Of a stretch of 57,753 nt of DNA, positions 34,307 to 44,080 are shown in pieces. A program made the position numbers and the translations under genes. Every line of letters starts with the position of its first letter. Positions within the stretch are counted from its first letter, which is position 1. Source of the stretch: a virus (lineage: Duplodnaviria; Caudoviricetes); the IMG/VR virus record IMGVR_UViG_3300022181_000117, positions 1-57,753 of that record. One strand, 5' to 3'. A model generated the notes under the pieces. It was not told where the DNA came from. It made no database searches and saw only the letters and a list, made by a program, of their open reading frames with translations.

Positions 34307-36475
34307 TCATGGCCTTGGTTGTTGCGTGAACGTGGCAAAATCCTGCCCGCCCATCTTGCCGCCGGCGGGATTGGTTTCTTCGGACTGCCGCATCTGAGCC
34401 GGGCCGCCTCCGGGTTGCGCGGGACCGCCGTTCACGGGCGAGCCCCCCTGACCGCCGCCGATTGCCGCGACCAGGGTTTCGATGGGAATGCCAAGGACCG
34501 CCGAAATCCTCTCCAGACCGGCCTGGAGCTGTGTGAGTTCTCCCCGCAGGATGTCGTCCCGGGACGGAACGATGTTGTCCACGGGCATCTTGAGCGCCCG
34601 GACCGATTCCCGCAGGATTTCCGCGAGACCTTCCTTGCCGATCACGGCGATCACGTTCGGGTTCAGCGCCACCTGGAGGAATTCGTTCCGGCGCATTTGG
34701 AGCTGCTCGGCCATGATGAGAAAATCGCTTGCCCGCGCTCGGATCTTGATGTCCCCCTTGACGCTCGGATCGTCGCCCCACAGCATCGTCCACAGGTGCA
34801 ATGCCTTGATGGACGGCACGACGATCCCGAAATCGACGTTGCTGACCACGCGTTTCATGACCCGGCTGGAAGCGTTCATCAGCATGGAGAGTCCAGACGC
34901 CGTGCCCGCGCCGCCGCCCTTGGAATCTGTCCCTCCGTAGGAGTAGGACCAGACGCCCGTGATTTCCCCGGAGAGATTGAAGAAGTAGTCGAACAACTTG
35001 AGCAGCTCGCCCGTCATGGCGTTCGGCTGGAAGAAGTTGATTGCCGGGTATTTCCGCTCGCCCGTATCGTTCGTGGTCTGCCAGATTTTCCAGGGGTAGA
35101 GGTTCGTCACGTCCTCGCCCGCCTGAATGCGGTCGACGTTGACTTCCACCTGCGGGCCGGAGGCGATGGCCATGTTGTTGACCAGCGCCCGGGCCGCTGC
35201 GTTGCAGATGTCCTGGATATCGCTCATGAGCTCTGGCAACGCCTTGCCCCAAATGGAGCCGGCCTTGCGCTCGAAACAGGCGCCGTAATAGTTCCGGTCG
35301 CCCAACGGCGAGGGGTTCTTGATGCAGCGAATCACATGCCGGCCGATCAGCCATGCGTTGATTTCGTAGTCCAGGTCGGGGTCGGGGATCTCGGCTTTGT
35401 CCATTCCCCATTCGAGGAGCATTTTCCCCTGAGCCGATCCGCAATACTCGAGGGCCTCGATGGTGACGGCGGGATCGTCGCGCTCATAGTCCCGCGACTC
35501 CGCGATAGCCCGGTCCTGGTCTACCGCGAGCCAGTTTCGCAAGCCGCCCTGGCCGTATTCCCGGAGCACGGTGCGGATTGCCTCTTCCGAGTATCCGCTG
35601 ACGCCGATCAGATCGTTCAGGTCTTTGCGCGTGAGCCGGTGCCGCTCGATGAGATACCCGTCTTGCAGGGTGCGGGCGCCCGGGGACGGGTAGAGGTCGA
35701 AGGGGCTCACGACGTCGTATTCCTTCCGGAGCTCATCTTGCACCTGGACGGTGTTGTCGGGCATCCAGGAGAGGCCCTTTCGGCGCCGGATCACCGGACC
35801 TTTCAGAAAACATGCCGGAAACGTCACGAGGTCGTCGATCAGCTCTTCGATGGCCTGGTAGTAATCCGCCTGGACAAGATCGTCGTCCATGGCGTCTTCC
35901 ATGCGTTGTGCCCGTTTCTTGGCCGCCGCCTCGATTTCCTTTCGCTTTTGTTCGGCCGCCGCCTCGATTTGAGCGCGCGCCTGGGCTTCGTCGGCAACGA
36001 GGCCGGTAGCGTAGATCTCGTTGACCAGCTTGACGTTGACGTCGGCTTCAACTCTTTGCAGGATTTCGGGGGAAAGCTCCGGGACGGGTGTCGGCTCCGC
36101 GGCCCACGCACGCTCCCCCGGAGGGAGCATCACGTCCCGGATCCAGGCTTTCGCGGCCCGGACCTTGACCGAAGTCAGCATGATGAAGATTTCGGAGCCT
36201 CCGAACTTCTTGATTTCGGCCAGCTTTGCCGGGTCGTACTTGCCGTCAACCTGGCGCAGGCAGGCGAGCAGTCGCTCCTCGATGGGTCGTTTGGCAATCT
36301 CGGCCGCCTGCCAGCACTTGCTCAGATAACCGGCAAGCGAGGTCGTGAGCGCCTCTGTTTGCTTTCTGCGCTCCTCTTCGGCCTGCAGGCGCTCCGCTTC
36401 TTCCTGCTGTTGCAGGACCGCGTTGGGAACGACCCGGATCAATCCGCTCTGATCGTATGGCATCTTTACGTCCAT
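34307..36475 (-). CDS. Portal protein
   Basis: ~720 aa directly after TerL; NNMAIASGPQ and TASGLSMLM motifs; alternative start at 36463. Confidence 0.88.
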   Translation of the reverse strand: MDVKMPYDQSGLIRVVPNAVLQQQEEAERLQAEEERRKQTEALTTSLAGYLSKCWQAAEIAKRPIEERLLACLRQVDGKYDPAKLAEIKKFGGSEIFIMLTSVKVRAAKAWIRDVMLPPGERAWAAEPTPVPELSPEILQRVEADVNVKLVNEIYATGLVADEAQARAQIEAAAEQKRKEIEAAAKKRAQRMEDAMDDDLVQADYYQAIEELIDDLVTFPACFLKGPVIRRRKGLSWMPDNTVQVQDELRKEYDVVSPFDLYPSPGARTLQDGYLIERHRLTRKDLNDLIGVSGYSEEAIRTVLREYGQGGLRNWLAVDQDRAIAESRDYERDDPAVTIEALEYCGSAQGKMLLEWGMDKAEIPDPDLDYEINAWLIGRHVIRCIKNPSPLGDRNYYGACFERKAGSIWGKALPELMSDIQDICNAAARALVNNMAIASGPQVEVNVDRIQAGEDVTNLYPWKIWQTTNDTGERKYPAINFFQPNAMTGELLKLFDYFFNLSGEITGVWSYSYGGTDSKGGGAGTASGLSMLMNASSRVMKRVVSNVDFGIVVPSIKALHLWTMLWGDDPSVKGDIKIRARASDFLIMAEQLQMRRNEFLQVALNPNVIAVIGKEGLAEILRESVRALKMPVDNIVPSRDDILRGELTQLQAGLERISAVLGIPIETLVAAIGGGQGGSPVNGGPAQPGGGPAQMRQSEETNPAGGKMGGQDFATFTQQPRP

Positions 36476-37971
36476 CCTGCCGCGCTCTTGGGCGTCTGCT
36501 GCTTGACGGTTGTCGGCATGGGCATCGGAAATCTCACGTTCATTTTTGCGTCGAGGATTCGCGCCTGGCAGTCGAACCAGTCGTCATGCACGGCGACCGG
36601 GAAGGCAAGGTACTCCTCGTCGATGAACTCCCGCGTGGCGTCATGTTTTTTCCTCTCGGCGTCGATGAACGGGCACGTTTCGGGCAGGAAAATTTTCCCC
36701 TGCTCGTAATAGGGGATGAGCCTCCTGATCCGATCGTTCTTGGGCATGCTCCCGCCCAGGGCCACTATCGGAAACCGGTAGTTCTCCTTGACCATGACCG
36801 ACTGGATATGCTCGATGTCCGAGTCCTTCCCGTATTTCTCGTACCCCACACGAATGGGCTGATAGAGCCTGTGCAGCCGGAAAAGGGCCTTCGTGCGTTG
36901 CGGGAGGTTCAAGCGGTCCCGAAAGAAGAAGATGGAGTAGAAATTTCCGTCCGATGCCGCCCCGATCACCCACATGGCCGTGTAGTCGCTGGTTTTCTTC
37001 TTCTCGCTTGCCGGGTCCACGAGGATATACCGGTTCATCCCGGACCATCGTTGCGGCCGCCAGAACTTGATCCAATCTTCTTTGAACCCCTGGACTTCGT
37101 CGGCCGTGGGATCCTGGAGCATTTGGCACCCGAACACATACGGGCCCATGTCGCGCCGTTTCTGAGCGAGCACGGCGGGAGTGAGAAAAACCGGCTTCCC
37201 TTCAACCTTCCCGGTGTCGGTTGCCGGATAGATGCGCTTGTCGGCGGACTTTCGGTCCATCATCGTCTTGTAGCTATCGTTGAAATGATACCTGGTGCCG
37301 ATGTAGCGTATCCGGCCGTCGGCGGTGCCAAGGTTCAGGCTGATTTCCCAGGCGCCCGTGACTTTCTTGATCATCTCAGGAGTCGTGACGGATTCTATCG
37401 TCACGACGTCATCGTAGATCAGCAGGGAGAAGTGCTTGCTCGTGGGTTGCCCGTCGACCAATCCCCAGGCCTCGACCGTTGATTCCTTGGGATTGCCCTT
37501 GCGCTTGACGATAATGCCGTCGTCCACGGACCATCTCGGAGCCTGCTTTTTGGGCTCTGCCCATAAGATGTCCGAGAACAAGTCTTTCAGATATGCGTTG
37601 TCCTCGAATTCCCGCTTGATCTGCGTGAGGAAGCCCTTGGCAATCGGGCGTGTGTGGCTGAAAATCCCGATCGTGATTTCCGGGTCGCGCAAAACGTCCT
37701 GGATCGTCATCCCGAACGTGATAATCGTCGATTTGTAGTGATCCCGCGCCCACAAGTCCAGGTGACCATCCGGGCTCCTTTGCACTTCCAGGCATCGATC
37801 ATAAAGCCAGTCGTGATCGACATCCCGACGCTTGAGCACGCGGGTCAGGAGAAAGAACACGTCCTGCAAGGCCAGTTCCCGGCAGGCGGCCTGCTCTTCC
37901 TCCTCGCTAACCGCGGCTGCGCTCCTGAGGATTTCGGTGTACCTGGCCTTGCGTGCTTCGCGCTTATTCAC
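36466..37971 (-). CDS. terL: Terminase large subunit
   Basis: ARDHYKST Walker A variant, LIYDDV Walker B, IGTRY, RNase H-like LVDPA...HDDWFD. Confidence 0.93.
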   Translation of the reverse strand: MNKREARKARYTEILRSAAAVSEEEEQAACRELALQDVFFLLTRVLKRRDVDHDWLYDRCLEVQRSPDGHLDLWARDHYKSTIITFGMTIQDVLRDPEITIGIFSHTRPIAKGFLTQIKREFEDNAYLKDLFSDILWAEPKKQAPRWSVDDGIIVKRKGNPKESTVEAWGLVDGQPTSKHFSLLIYDDVVTIESVTTPEMIKKVTGAWEISLNLGTADGRIRYIGTRYHFNDSYKTMMDRKSADKRIYPATDTGKVEGKPVFLTPAVLAQKRRDMGPYVFGCQMLQDPTADEVQGFKEDWIKFWRPQRWSGMNRYILVDPASEKKKTSDYTAMWVIGAASDGNFYSIFFFRDRLNLPQRTKALFRLHRLYQPIRVGYEKYGKDSDIEHIQSVMVKENYRFPIVALGGSMPKNDRIRRLIPYYEQGKIFLPETCPFIDAERKKHDATREFIDEEYLAFPVAVHDDWFDCQARILDAKMNVRFPMPMPTTVKQQTPKSAAGWT

Positions 37972-38383
37972 CGTTGACCACGCTGTCGATCAATTCTCTG
38001 ATCGCGGGAGTGAGGGTGTGGCTGACGTGAATCGGCTTCTCCCCATCCCCGGTGTGAACCATTTCGCGGGGGGCCTTGGAAACGAGGAAATCGGCGATGT
38101 CCATTACCTTGTTGAGATCGTTCGCCCGCAACGCGTAGAGGCTCATTTTGACGGTGAGGTTCGTCTCCGCGACCTCACGGACTACCTTCCTTGCCCATGC
38201 TCTCGTGTGTCGCCCTTCGGGGGCCGCAATCCCAATCGAAATGCAAAACGCCAACCGTTCCTCGTCGGTCAGGTTGGCGAAGAGATCCTGAGCCCAGGTC
38301 TTTTCATCCAGGCCCTCAACGAGGCGTGTCTCGTTGTGGTAATTGGATTTACGACTGTGCTGTTTCTTGGCCCCGCGTGCCAT
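37964..38383 (-). CDS. Probable terminase small subunit
   Basis: Overlaps the terL start; C-terminal HTGDGEKPI motif typical of TerS. Confidence 0.6.
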   Translation of the reverse strand: MARGAKKQHSRKSNYHNETRLVEGLDEKTWAQDLFANLTDEERLAFCISIGIAAPEGRHTRAWARKVVREVAETNLTVKMSLYALRANDLNKVMDIADFLVSKAPREMVHTGDGEKPIHVSHTLTPAIRELIDSVVNGE

Positions 38384-38535
38384 TTCTCCGTCCTTCCGTG
38401 AGTGCTCCCCAAACCGCCTCGATACCCATCGCCCGAACGAGGCAGTTCAGAGCGCGATTATCACCCGCAGGCGAATGGATGAGCCGCGCTTTGGCATCAA
38501 TGGCCGCAACCGTGCGCTCCTCGACGTGCCGGAAG

Positions 38536-38742
38536 TTATTCATTTCTCAAACCGCGAAAATCAATCGGGGTGACCGGGAGAAGCACATCGATGCGGTAGT
38601 CGTTGTGACACCGGTCGCAACGCCGGTGTTCAATCCGTCTACCTGGATTACCCGGACAGGTCTCTAGGATTTTGATCATCTCGTACTGTGTTGTGGATCG
38701 ACAAGTCGGGCAGTAGTCAGGTTGAAGACGATCTTGTTCCAT
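38536..38742 (-). CDS. Small Zn-ribbon protein
   Basis: CPTC...CDRC; AAGGAG RBS. Confidence 0.55.
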   Translation of the reverse strand: MEQDRLQPDYCPTCRSTTQYEMIKILETCPGNPGRRIEHRRCDRCHNDYRIDVLLPVTPIDFRGLRNE

Positions 38743-38761
38743 GGGTGTTTTCTCCTTCGGT

Positions 38762-39046
38762 TTATTCCTCGATCTCCCCGCGCATATACCCAAACACGAT
38801 CCCTTTGGCCCATTCCAGGAGCCCGAGGACCGTCAGGCAGGATTGCCCGAACCAATACCGGGCCATATCCGACGCCATGCGCGAATCCGCGGGCGCCATA
38901 TCGTAGGCGAGAAAGAGATTCCGGATTTTCCCCTGCCTGTTCAACTCGATCACTTTGAGCAGCTCTCGCTCGCAACCATCGGGAGGCACCACGAACGGGA
39001 GCACCCTTGCGTGTTCGGATTGCGGTTGCACGACCTGAAGAGTCAT
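38762..39046 (-). CDS. Phage hypothetical protein
   Basis: Protein-like ORF with RBS, in the operon. Confidence 0.55.
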   Translation of the reverse strand: MTLQVVQPQSEHARVLPFVVPPDGCERELLKVIELNRQGKIRNLFLAYDMAPADSRMASDMARYWFGQSCLTVLGLLEWAKGIVFGYMRGEIEE

Positions 39047-39070
39047 GGGATTTTCTCTTTCCTGTATGGC

Positions 39071-39292
39071 TCACATGGGAAAGGTGGTTATGCTGATGCC
39101 TGGATTTTCCCGCTTTATCAATGAAACACCCATGAACCGGACATCGCGCGGTCCATGGATACTGATGCGGGATTTGGACAGTGCCTCAGCCCGTAGAGAA
39201 TCCCACTCAGCAGGGCCAAGCGAGATGCAGACAATGCCCCTGCCACGCCCCTCAGCCTCTGCGAGTTTGTCTATGATAATGTCGGATACCAT
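39071..39292 (-). CDS. Phage hypothetical protein
   Basis: Start at MVSDII after a G-rich RBS. Confidence 0.45.
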   Translation of the reverse strand: MVSDIIIDKLAEAEGRGRGIVCISLGPAEWDSLRAEALSKSRISIHGPRDVRFMGVSLIKRENPGISITTFPM

Positions 39293-39354
39293 TTCTTCCC
39301 CCCCCCTTTCCGCCCGTACCGGCACTTTTGCAGCCCATGTATCGCGTTCCTCTT

Positions 39355-39801
39355 TCACTTCCCCACGCCCTTGACCTTCTCGAATGAACGCGCCCCCGCC
39401 AGCCCCAGCATCCCGAACAGCAGCGTCATCAGCACGGTGCTGTCCAGCACGGGCAGGGGAGGCAGCGGCGTAGCCTTGAACGCATTGAGGCACCAGGGCA
39501 GAAACGGGCATACGATCAGCTGGTAGACCAGCCCGAACACGCAAACCCACCCGACAGCTGGCCGCCATCCCCCGCGAAACAATGAGCCGCTCGCCGCCTC
39601 TGCCTGGTTGACCGCGAGTTGCGCCAGGCGGGCGGAGTTCTCGATTTCGAGGAGGCGCATTTCGATCTCGGCGCGTTTGTCTGGATCAATCGGAGCTTCG
39701 CCGGTAATCGCCGTCCGAATCCCAATCGCCGCCTCTCCGATCCCCTTGAGGATTCCGGAGGCGGTTCCACTGGTCAATTCACTCAAAAATCCAAAGCCCA
39801 T
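39355..39801 (-). CDS. Holin (3TM holin family)
   Basis: VNQAEAAS.SLFRGGWRPAVGW...LFGMLGLAGARSFEKVKG signature. Confidence 0.88.
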   Translation of the reverse strand: MGFGFLSELTSGTASGILKGIGEAAIGIRTAITGEAPIDPDKRAEIEMRLLEIENSARLAQLAVNQAEAASGSLFRGGWRPAVGWVCVFGLVYQLIVCPFLPWCLNAFKATPLPPLPVLDSTVLMTLLFGMLGLAGARSFEKVKGVGK

Positions 39802-39805
39802 TTTC

Positions 39806-40153
39806 TCACCTGCTTCCCTTCCCCGGATTTTTGGCCAGCTCGTCGCGCGAACCCGGGGCCTCGGTGAACCTCAAATTCCAGAGCCGGTCGTTGATCTTGC
39901 CCAGGTCGCAGCTCATTTTTTCGAGCAACCTCAATACCTCGTCGTCGGTTTTTTTCAACAGCGGGATTTGCTCGACCAGGACCCTCGCTTCCCGGTCCCG
40001 CTCCTCGAGGTGCTGCACCCGGGCGTCGAGCGTCGCCGTCCACCGGATCGTGGCGACGGCGTGAACGCCGAGTGCGATCACTACGCCGAGAATCGGAGCG
40101 TTTCTCCGGGCCCAGCAAATCGGTCCGCCGCCAGCGGCGCGTCGCTCAGTCAT
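39806..40153 (-). CDS. Membrane-anchored coiled-coil protein (lysis region)
   Basis: One TM segment followed by a heptad region; GGGAGG RBS. Confidence 0.55.
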   Translation of the reverse strand: MTERRAAGGGPICWARRNAPILGVVIALGVHAVATIRWTATLDARVQHLEERDREARVLVEQIPLLKKTDDEVLRLLEKMSCDLGKINDRLWNLRFTEAPGSRDELAKNPGKGSR

Positions 40154-40298
40154 GGGATTGGCCTCCCGCCCTGGGAGAAACTGCCGTTGAGTCCGCGACT
40201 CGTTTTGCCGATTATCCTCACAGCCTCTCGCTCCTGTGTGTCAGGGGTGATTGGTCAGGCTCGGTCGTGCGTGCCATCGCCCGGCCGGGCCGCACTCC

Positions 40299-40535
40299 TT
40301 AAACGCCGCCGCTCCGGAACATCCGGAACTGATTGATTGCCTCGTGGACCGCGTTCTGCAGGGCTTCCATGCTTCTCATCCCTGTAATGTGATACTGATC
40401 GAATTCGGAAGGAACGGGATCCCCCTGACGCTGTTTGGCCAAGGTCGAGAGCGCCCACCGGAGCACCTGTTCAACCTTGTAGCTGTTGGTCTGCGCTTTA
40501 TTCAGGGCCTCGATCGCGGCATTCAGGTTCTCCAT
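40299..40535 (-). CDS. Phage hypothetical protein (first late gene)
   Basis: GGAGG RBS; helical 78 aa. Confidence 0.55.
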   Translation of the reverse strand: MENLNAAIEALNKAQTNSYKVEQVLRWALSTLAKQRQGDPVPSEFDQYHITGMRSMEALQNAVHEAINQFRMFRSGGV

Positions 40536-40565
40536 CCATAAAACCTCCGCGCCCGCCAGCTCCCC

Positions 40566-40604
40566 AAAAAGAAAGGGACCGCCTGCCGAAACAAGCGGCC
40601 CCCC
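40566..40604 (-). terminator. Terminator in the late-operon leader
   Basis: GGGGCCGCTTG-tttcgg-CAGGCGGTCCC followed by TTTCTTTTT. Confidence 0.6.
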
Positions 40605-40805
40605 ATTATGAAAAATGTGTCACAAGGACCACGGAACTTTGGGCCAATCAAGCGGGTCATTGCCGTCCCCCGCATAAACCGGCCACAGTATCAAAATTGG
40701 ATCAAATTCAGAGACTTCGCGCAACTATCAAATTGTATCAACTTAAGCTATGGATATTGTTTACTTATGCTCTGAAATCTATTCTATGGTAATTGGCAAA
40801 AAAAA

Positions 40806-41156
40806 GAGGCGTTCTCCATCTCCAAATCTTCGCCGGACAAAATCACGAACATACGAAAACACCTCACCTCACTCCATCAAACGGCGTTCTCATTTGCCCA
40901 TCTCTCGAATCCTTCGCATTGCCCTCCTGACCCTGACCCGCATTGCATGCCTTGGATCGACAGCGCGGGAGTGTTTCTTCCATCTTTCCACCCAAATCTT
41001 TCGGCTGATGATCTGCCCGAGGCACCGACGCACCGGGAATCCCTTCGAATGCACATGACGCCAGAACGTGGCCATGGAGATTCCGGCGTAAGCGGCTACA
41101 GCTTTGGCGCCGTGGAGCCAATCGGTTACGAGGCGTTCTCCATCTCCAAATCTTCG
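40806..41156. repeat. 27-bp perfect direct repeat
   Basis: GAGGCGTTCTCCATCTCCAAATCTTCG at 40806-40832 and 41130-41156. Confidence 0.9.
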
Positions 41157-41273
41157 ATCGAGATCAATCCCCTGGAGACGGCGAGGTCTTGCAGCTCGCG
41201 CAGAATCTGCCGGATCATACGCCGCAATTGCCGCCTTGAGAGCTTCATAGTCCTCATCCCGAAATCTTCCCAT
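40890..41273 (-). CDS. HTH DNA-binding protein
   Basis: GGAGG RBS before MGRFRD; WLHGAKAVAAYAGISMATFWR is HTH-like. Confidence 0.55.
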   Translation of the reverse strand: MGRFRDEDYEALKAAIAAYDPADSARAARPRRLQGIDLDRRFGDGERLVTDWLHGAKAVAAYAGISMATFWRHVHSKGFPVRRCLGQIISRKIWVERWKKHSRAVDPRHAMRVRVRRAMRRIREMGK

Positions 41274-41518
41274 TCGTTGGCCTCCATAACGCACCAGGCG
41301 ATAATAATTTTCTGCTGGTCATCGGTCAGGGATAGCACACAAAAACCGAATTCCTCGACATCAGAGCCGCCTTCGCCTTGGATGGGCGGAGCCACGAGGC
41401 CGCAATAGTCCCGACGTGACATCCGCGCCAGGATGCCCGGGCGGAATCCTTCGCACGAATCTCGAGCCATCCATGAGAAAAGAAGCGAGTAGACACGGCC
41501 ATGGATCGCGTATGGCAT
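41126..41518 (-). CDS. Putative late regulator (Q/sigma region-4-like)
   Basis: LSLTDDQQKIII...LSRRQLRRMIRQ sigma4-like pattern; position upstream of the late operon. Confidence 0.45.
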   Translation of the reverse strand: MPYAIHGRVYSLLFSWMARDSCEGFRPGILARMSRRDYCGLVAPPIQGEGGSDVEEFGFCVLSLTDDQQKIIIAWCVMEANEWEDFGMRTMKLSRRQLRRMIRQILRELQDLAVSRGLISIEDLEMENAS

Positions 41519-41551
41519 CGGTCATGATCCTCCGCAGCTCGCCGACCATCG

Positions 41552-42103
41552 TTACGCTTCCGCTCTCCTGAGCCACCCGCGCCGATATTTCTCGAACGCC
41601 GGCTTCTTTGCTATCAATCCGAGATAGAAGTCCTTTGCGCCGAGGCGGATACCATTCAGCAGGGGGTCGGGCGACAGGGAATTGATCCGTGCCAGGCTCT
41701 TGGGTCCGAGCTTGCCGTCGACCACCAGGTTCCCCGCCGCGGCCTGGGCGATCATGTGGGAGCGGACGGAGCCCATGTTGACGGCAAGATCGAAGATTTT
41801 CCAGGCCACCATCGGGTCGCTTATCCATTCGTAGCCGTAGTGCTCCCACCACTGGCTGTAGTAGATCTTGATCGCTTCTTCCACGGTCATGGCCAGGATG
41901 TCCGCGCGGTCGATCCTGCCGTCGTGATTCATGTCGCCGATCAGGTAGCCGTCGTCGGGGTCGATCTCGCCGCATTTGGTCATGAAGACGATGCTGATCC
42001 CGTAATTCGTGACGCCCCCCGGGTCTACAAGATCGTCGGACAGCTTCCCCTCGAAATCGAGGGTCCGGTTGATGTTGCTCAGAAACTTCTCGGTCAGTTC
42101 CAT
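41552..42103 (-). CDS. Endolysin, glycoside hydrolase family 108 with peptidoglycan-binding C-terminus
   Basis: FEG....DPGGVTNYGIS, FDLAVNMG, VDGKLGPKS, GWLRR. Confidence 0.92.
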   Translation of the reverse strand: MELTEKFLSNINRTLDFEGKLSDDLVDPGGVTNYGISIVFMTKCGEIDPDDGYLIGDMNHDGRIDRADILAMTVEEAIKIYYSQWWEHYGYEWISDPMVAWKIFDLAVNMGSVRSHMIAQAAAGNLVVDGKLGPKSLARINSLSPDPLLNGIRLGAKDFYLGLIAKKPAFEKYRRGWLRRAEA

Positions 42104-42342
42104 TGGTACTCTCCCCTCCGGTATTGAGCCTCTTTATCTCGAGTGGAGCAAATTTCGGGGCCGCGAATGCACGCAGTGCGGATGATGAAATGATCGTCCA
42201 GACGGTCCCTCACCGCGATGCCGGCGACCGTGCGCATGTGCCAGATATGCCCTTGGAAGCGGGCCATGAGATACCGGATCGCGGCCTTGCGAAAAGCGGT
42301 TTCGGGTGTTTCGGGTTTGTGCGTCGCTCGCGCGGTCGCCAT
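42094..42342 (-). pseudogene. Probable truncated VRR-NUC/resolvase-like gene
   Basis: N-terminus PETAFRKAAIRYL..W..R..AG resembles VRR-NUC starts, but the PD/ExK core is absent. Confidence 0.35.
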
Positions 42343-42533
42343 TATTTCATCTCCTTTTCCTGGATCAGCACCTCGCATTTGATCATGTGCAGCGCCATGA
42401 CGGGCGCGAACTCCTTGTCCGGGTCCTGCGCCTCGACCTCGATGGTAATGACGCCGATGCTCTCGCCCATCTTGCCCGTCTTGAGCGCGAACTTCGAAAT
42501 GACGGCCTTCTTGAACTCAGCCACCTTCATCAT
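42342..42533 (-). CDS. Phage hypothetical protein
   Basis: GGAGG RBS; 63 aa. Confidence 0.5.
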   Translation of the reverse strand: MMKVAEFKKAVISKFALKTGKMGESIGVITIEVEAQDPDKEFAPVMALHMIKCEVLIQEKEMK

Positions 42534-42972
42534 CCCGCAAACCTCCCGCCGGCCTCGCCATGCGCCAGATCGCCCCGAGGCGGATCAGGCCCTCAAGGGC
42601 CGTAAAATGTCCCTGCACCCCGTAATCCCTCGCCACCCGGACCATCAAGTTCCGCCGCTCCTCGGGGGGCAACGCCCCGAAGCGCCGCCTCGCCTCGTCG
42701 AACCGGTCCTTTTCCCGGCAATCCTCCGCGGCCGGCTGCCAACGCCCGTTTCCCGCGCTTCTTGCCTTGTCGGCCCGAACGTTCAGAACCGCCGTCGCCA
42801 TGTTGCGCGGATATTCCCCTCGTTTGAGCACGTCGAAAACGGCGGCCAGCTCCGTGGCCGGAATCTGCTTTACGTCCTCGTACCAGAGGTCCACCGACTC
42901 CCTTGAGGGATACTGCCGCTGGTTGTAGTCGCACAGGTTCTTTACGAATTGCCTGAACTCGGACAATTTCAC
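42517..42972 (-). CDS. Replication-associated protein (possible helicase loader/inhibitor)
   Basis: GTG start coupled to the stop of the replication initiator; MKLSEF...LWYEDVK pattern. Confidence 0.5.
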   Translation of the reverse strand: MKLSEFRQFVKNLCDYNQRQYPSRESVDLWYEDVKQIPATELAAVFDVLKRGEYPRNMATAVLNVRADKARSAGNGRWQPAAEDCREKDRFDEARRRFGALPPEERRNLMVRVARDYGVQGHFTALEGLIRLGAIWRMARPAGGLRDDEGG

Positions 42973-43823
42973 CGGCCGCCTCCTTCCTCGAGTTCTCGGA
43001 CCCAATCCGGCTTTTTCGGATCGTAGCGGGGGCCGTCCCTGCATCTTGTCTCGTTGAGATAGGACTCGAATTTCGTTCCGAACAGCGTCTCCGGTCGAAG
43101 GTAATCGATCATCTTCGGATCCGTTGCCCACTTCTCGCATTTGACGTCGATGACCCGCTTGAAGTCTTCGATTCTCCACCCTTCGGACCATCGAGCCTTG
43201 ATATGTTTCTTGGTTGCTTGCGTGTTTGCGCGGTACCGCTTTCCGGTTTTGGCGTTGAAGTATGCGATGATCTCCGCGAAAGGGGGCGAGGCCGGCGGGG
43301 CGTCGGGCAGGTTGCCCGACAGCGTACCGTTAGGTACGCAATCTTCAGGATTCAGGATTAAGGATTCAGGATTCAGGACGCGCGCGCGCGAGGGTTGCCT
43401 TGGTGGAAAGTCCTTTTCGCCTTGGTGCGAAGTGCTTTCCACCTTGGTCGAAAGGGGTTCGGCTTTTTCGGGAGGATTTTCGTTCCAGGGGGGAATTTCG
43501 GATGGCTGCTCGTTGCTGTGCGGACGCTGGTGTTTCAGAAAATTGAGGATTTGGATGTACCGTCTTCCCTCGCGACAATACCGGACGATCAGCGCCGGCG
43601 CGCCGTCGCTCTCGGTCTGCCCGGCCAATTGATCCAGGAGCGCGTCCACCGAAACGGATTCTCCCGGAAAAACCTCGAGGCCGATTTGGCGCGGCCTGTC
43701 CTGAAGTCTCCCCTCGCGATCCGCAAGGCACCACAACCCGACGAAAAGGATTCGCGCAAGGGGGTCGCATCCCAGCAGGTGTTCATTGGAAAAAAAACCA
43801 GGCTTTACATTTCTTGCCCGCAT
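42969..43823 (-). CDS. Phage replication initiator/replisome organiser
   Basis: RARNVKPGFF...LWCLADREGR N-terminus; YLRPETLFGTKFESYLN conserved phage C-terminal domain. Confidence 0.85.
   Translation of the reverse strand: MRARNVKPGFFSNEHLLGCDPLARILFVGLWCLADREGRLQDRPRQIGLEVFPGESVSVDALLDQLAGQTESDGAPALIVRYCREGRRYIQILNFLKHQRPHSNEQPSEIPPWNENPPEKAEPLSTKVESTSHQGEKDFPPRQPSRARVLNPESLILNPEDCVPNGTLSGNLPDAPPASPPFAEIIAYFNAKTGKRYRANTQATKKHIKARWSEGWRIEDFKRVIDVKCEKWATDPKMIDYLRPETLFGTKFESYLNETRCRDGPRYDPKKPDWVRELEEGGGR
43346..43455. repeat. Putative replication origin iterons
   Basis: 7-bp CAGGATT tandem (43346-43378); CCTTGGT..(G)AA(A)G at 43398, 43420 and 43442 (22-bp period) inside the initiator gene. 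Confidence 0.6.
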
Positions 43824-43849
43824 CTTCCCCTCGAAATCGAGCGCTCCCC

Positions 43850-44080
43850 TCAATACTCCGGCCGTCCGGTTTCATTGAAAACGGTCGCAATCCGCCTCAA
43901 GCGGTTGGGGTTCGTGAAATCCCCGGCCCAAAGCCGTTCATCCATGCTTCGCGCCGCGGCCTTCTCCGGATCGTGCGAGTGGTGGAAACACTCGCCGGTC
44001 TTGTTGTGGATACTCAGCTTCCTGCCGCATTTGCGGCACACGCCCACATTCATAATTTTCTCCGCTATCATCGTCGCCAC
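43850..44080 (-). CDS. Small Cys/His protein
   Basis: CRKC...CFHH; in the early operon. Confidence 0.45.
   Translation of the reverse strand: MATMIAEKIMNVGVCRKCGRKLSIHNKTGECFHHSHDPEKAAARSMDERLWAGDFTNPNRLRRIATVFNETGRPEY

Noticed and set aside
23217-37482. Long + strand ORFs opposite the structural genes (e.g. 34106-36709, 28804-30456)
   Set aside because: Same shadow effect; the - strand genes carry clear phage motifs.
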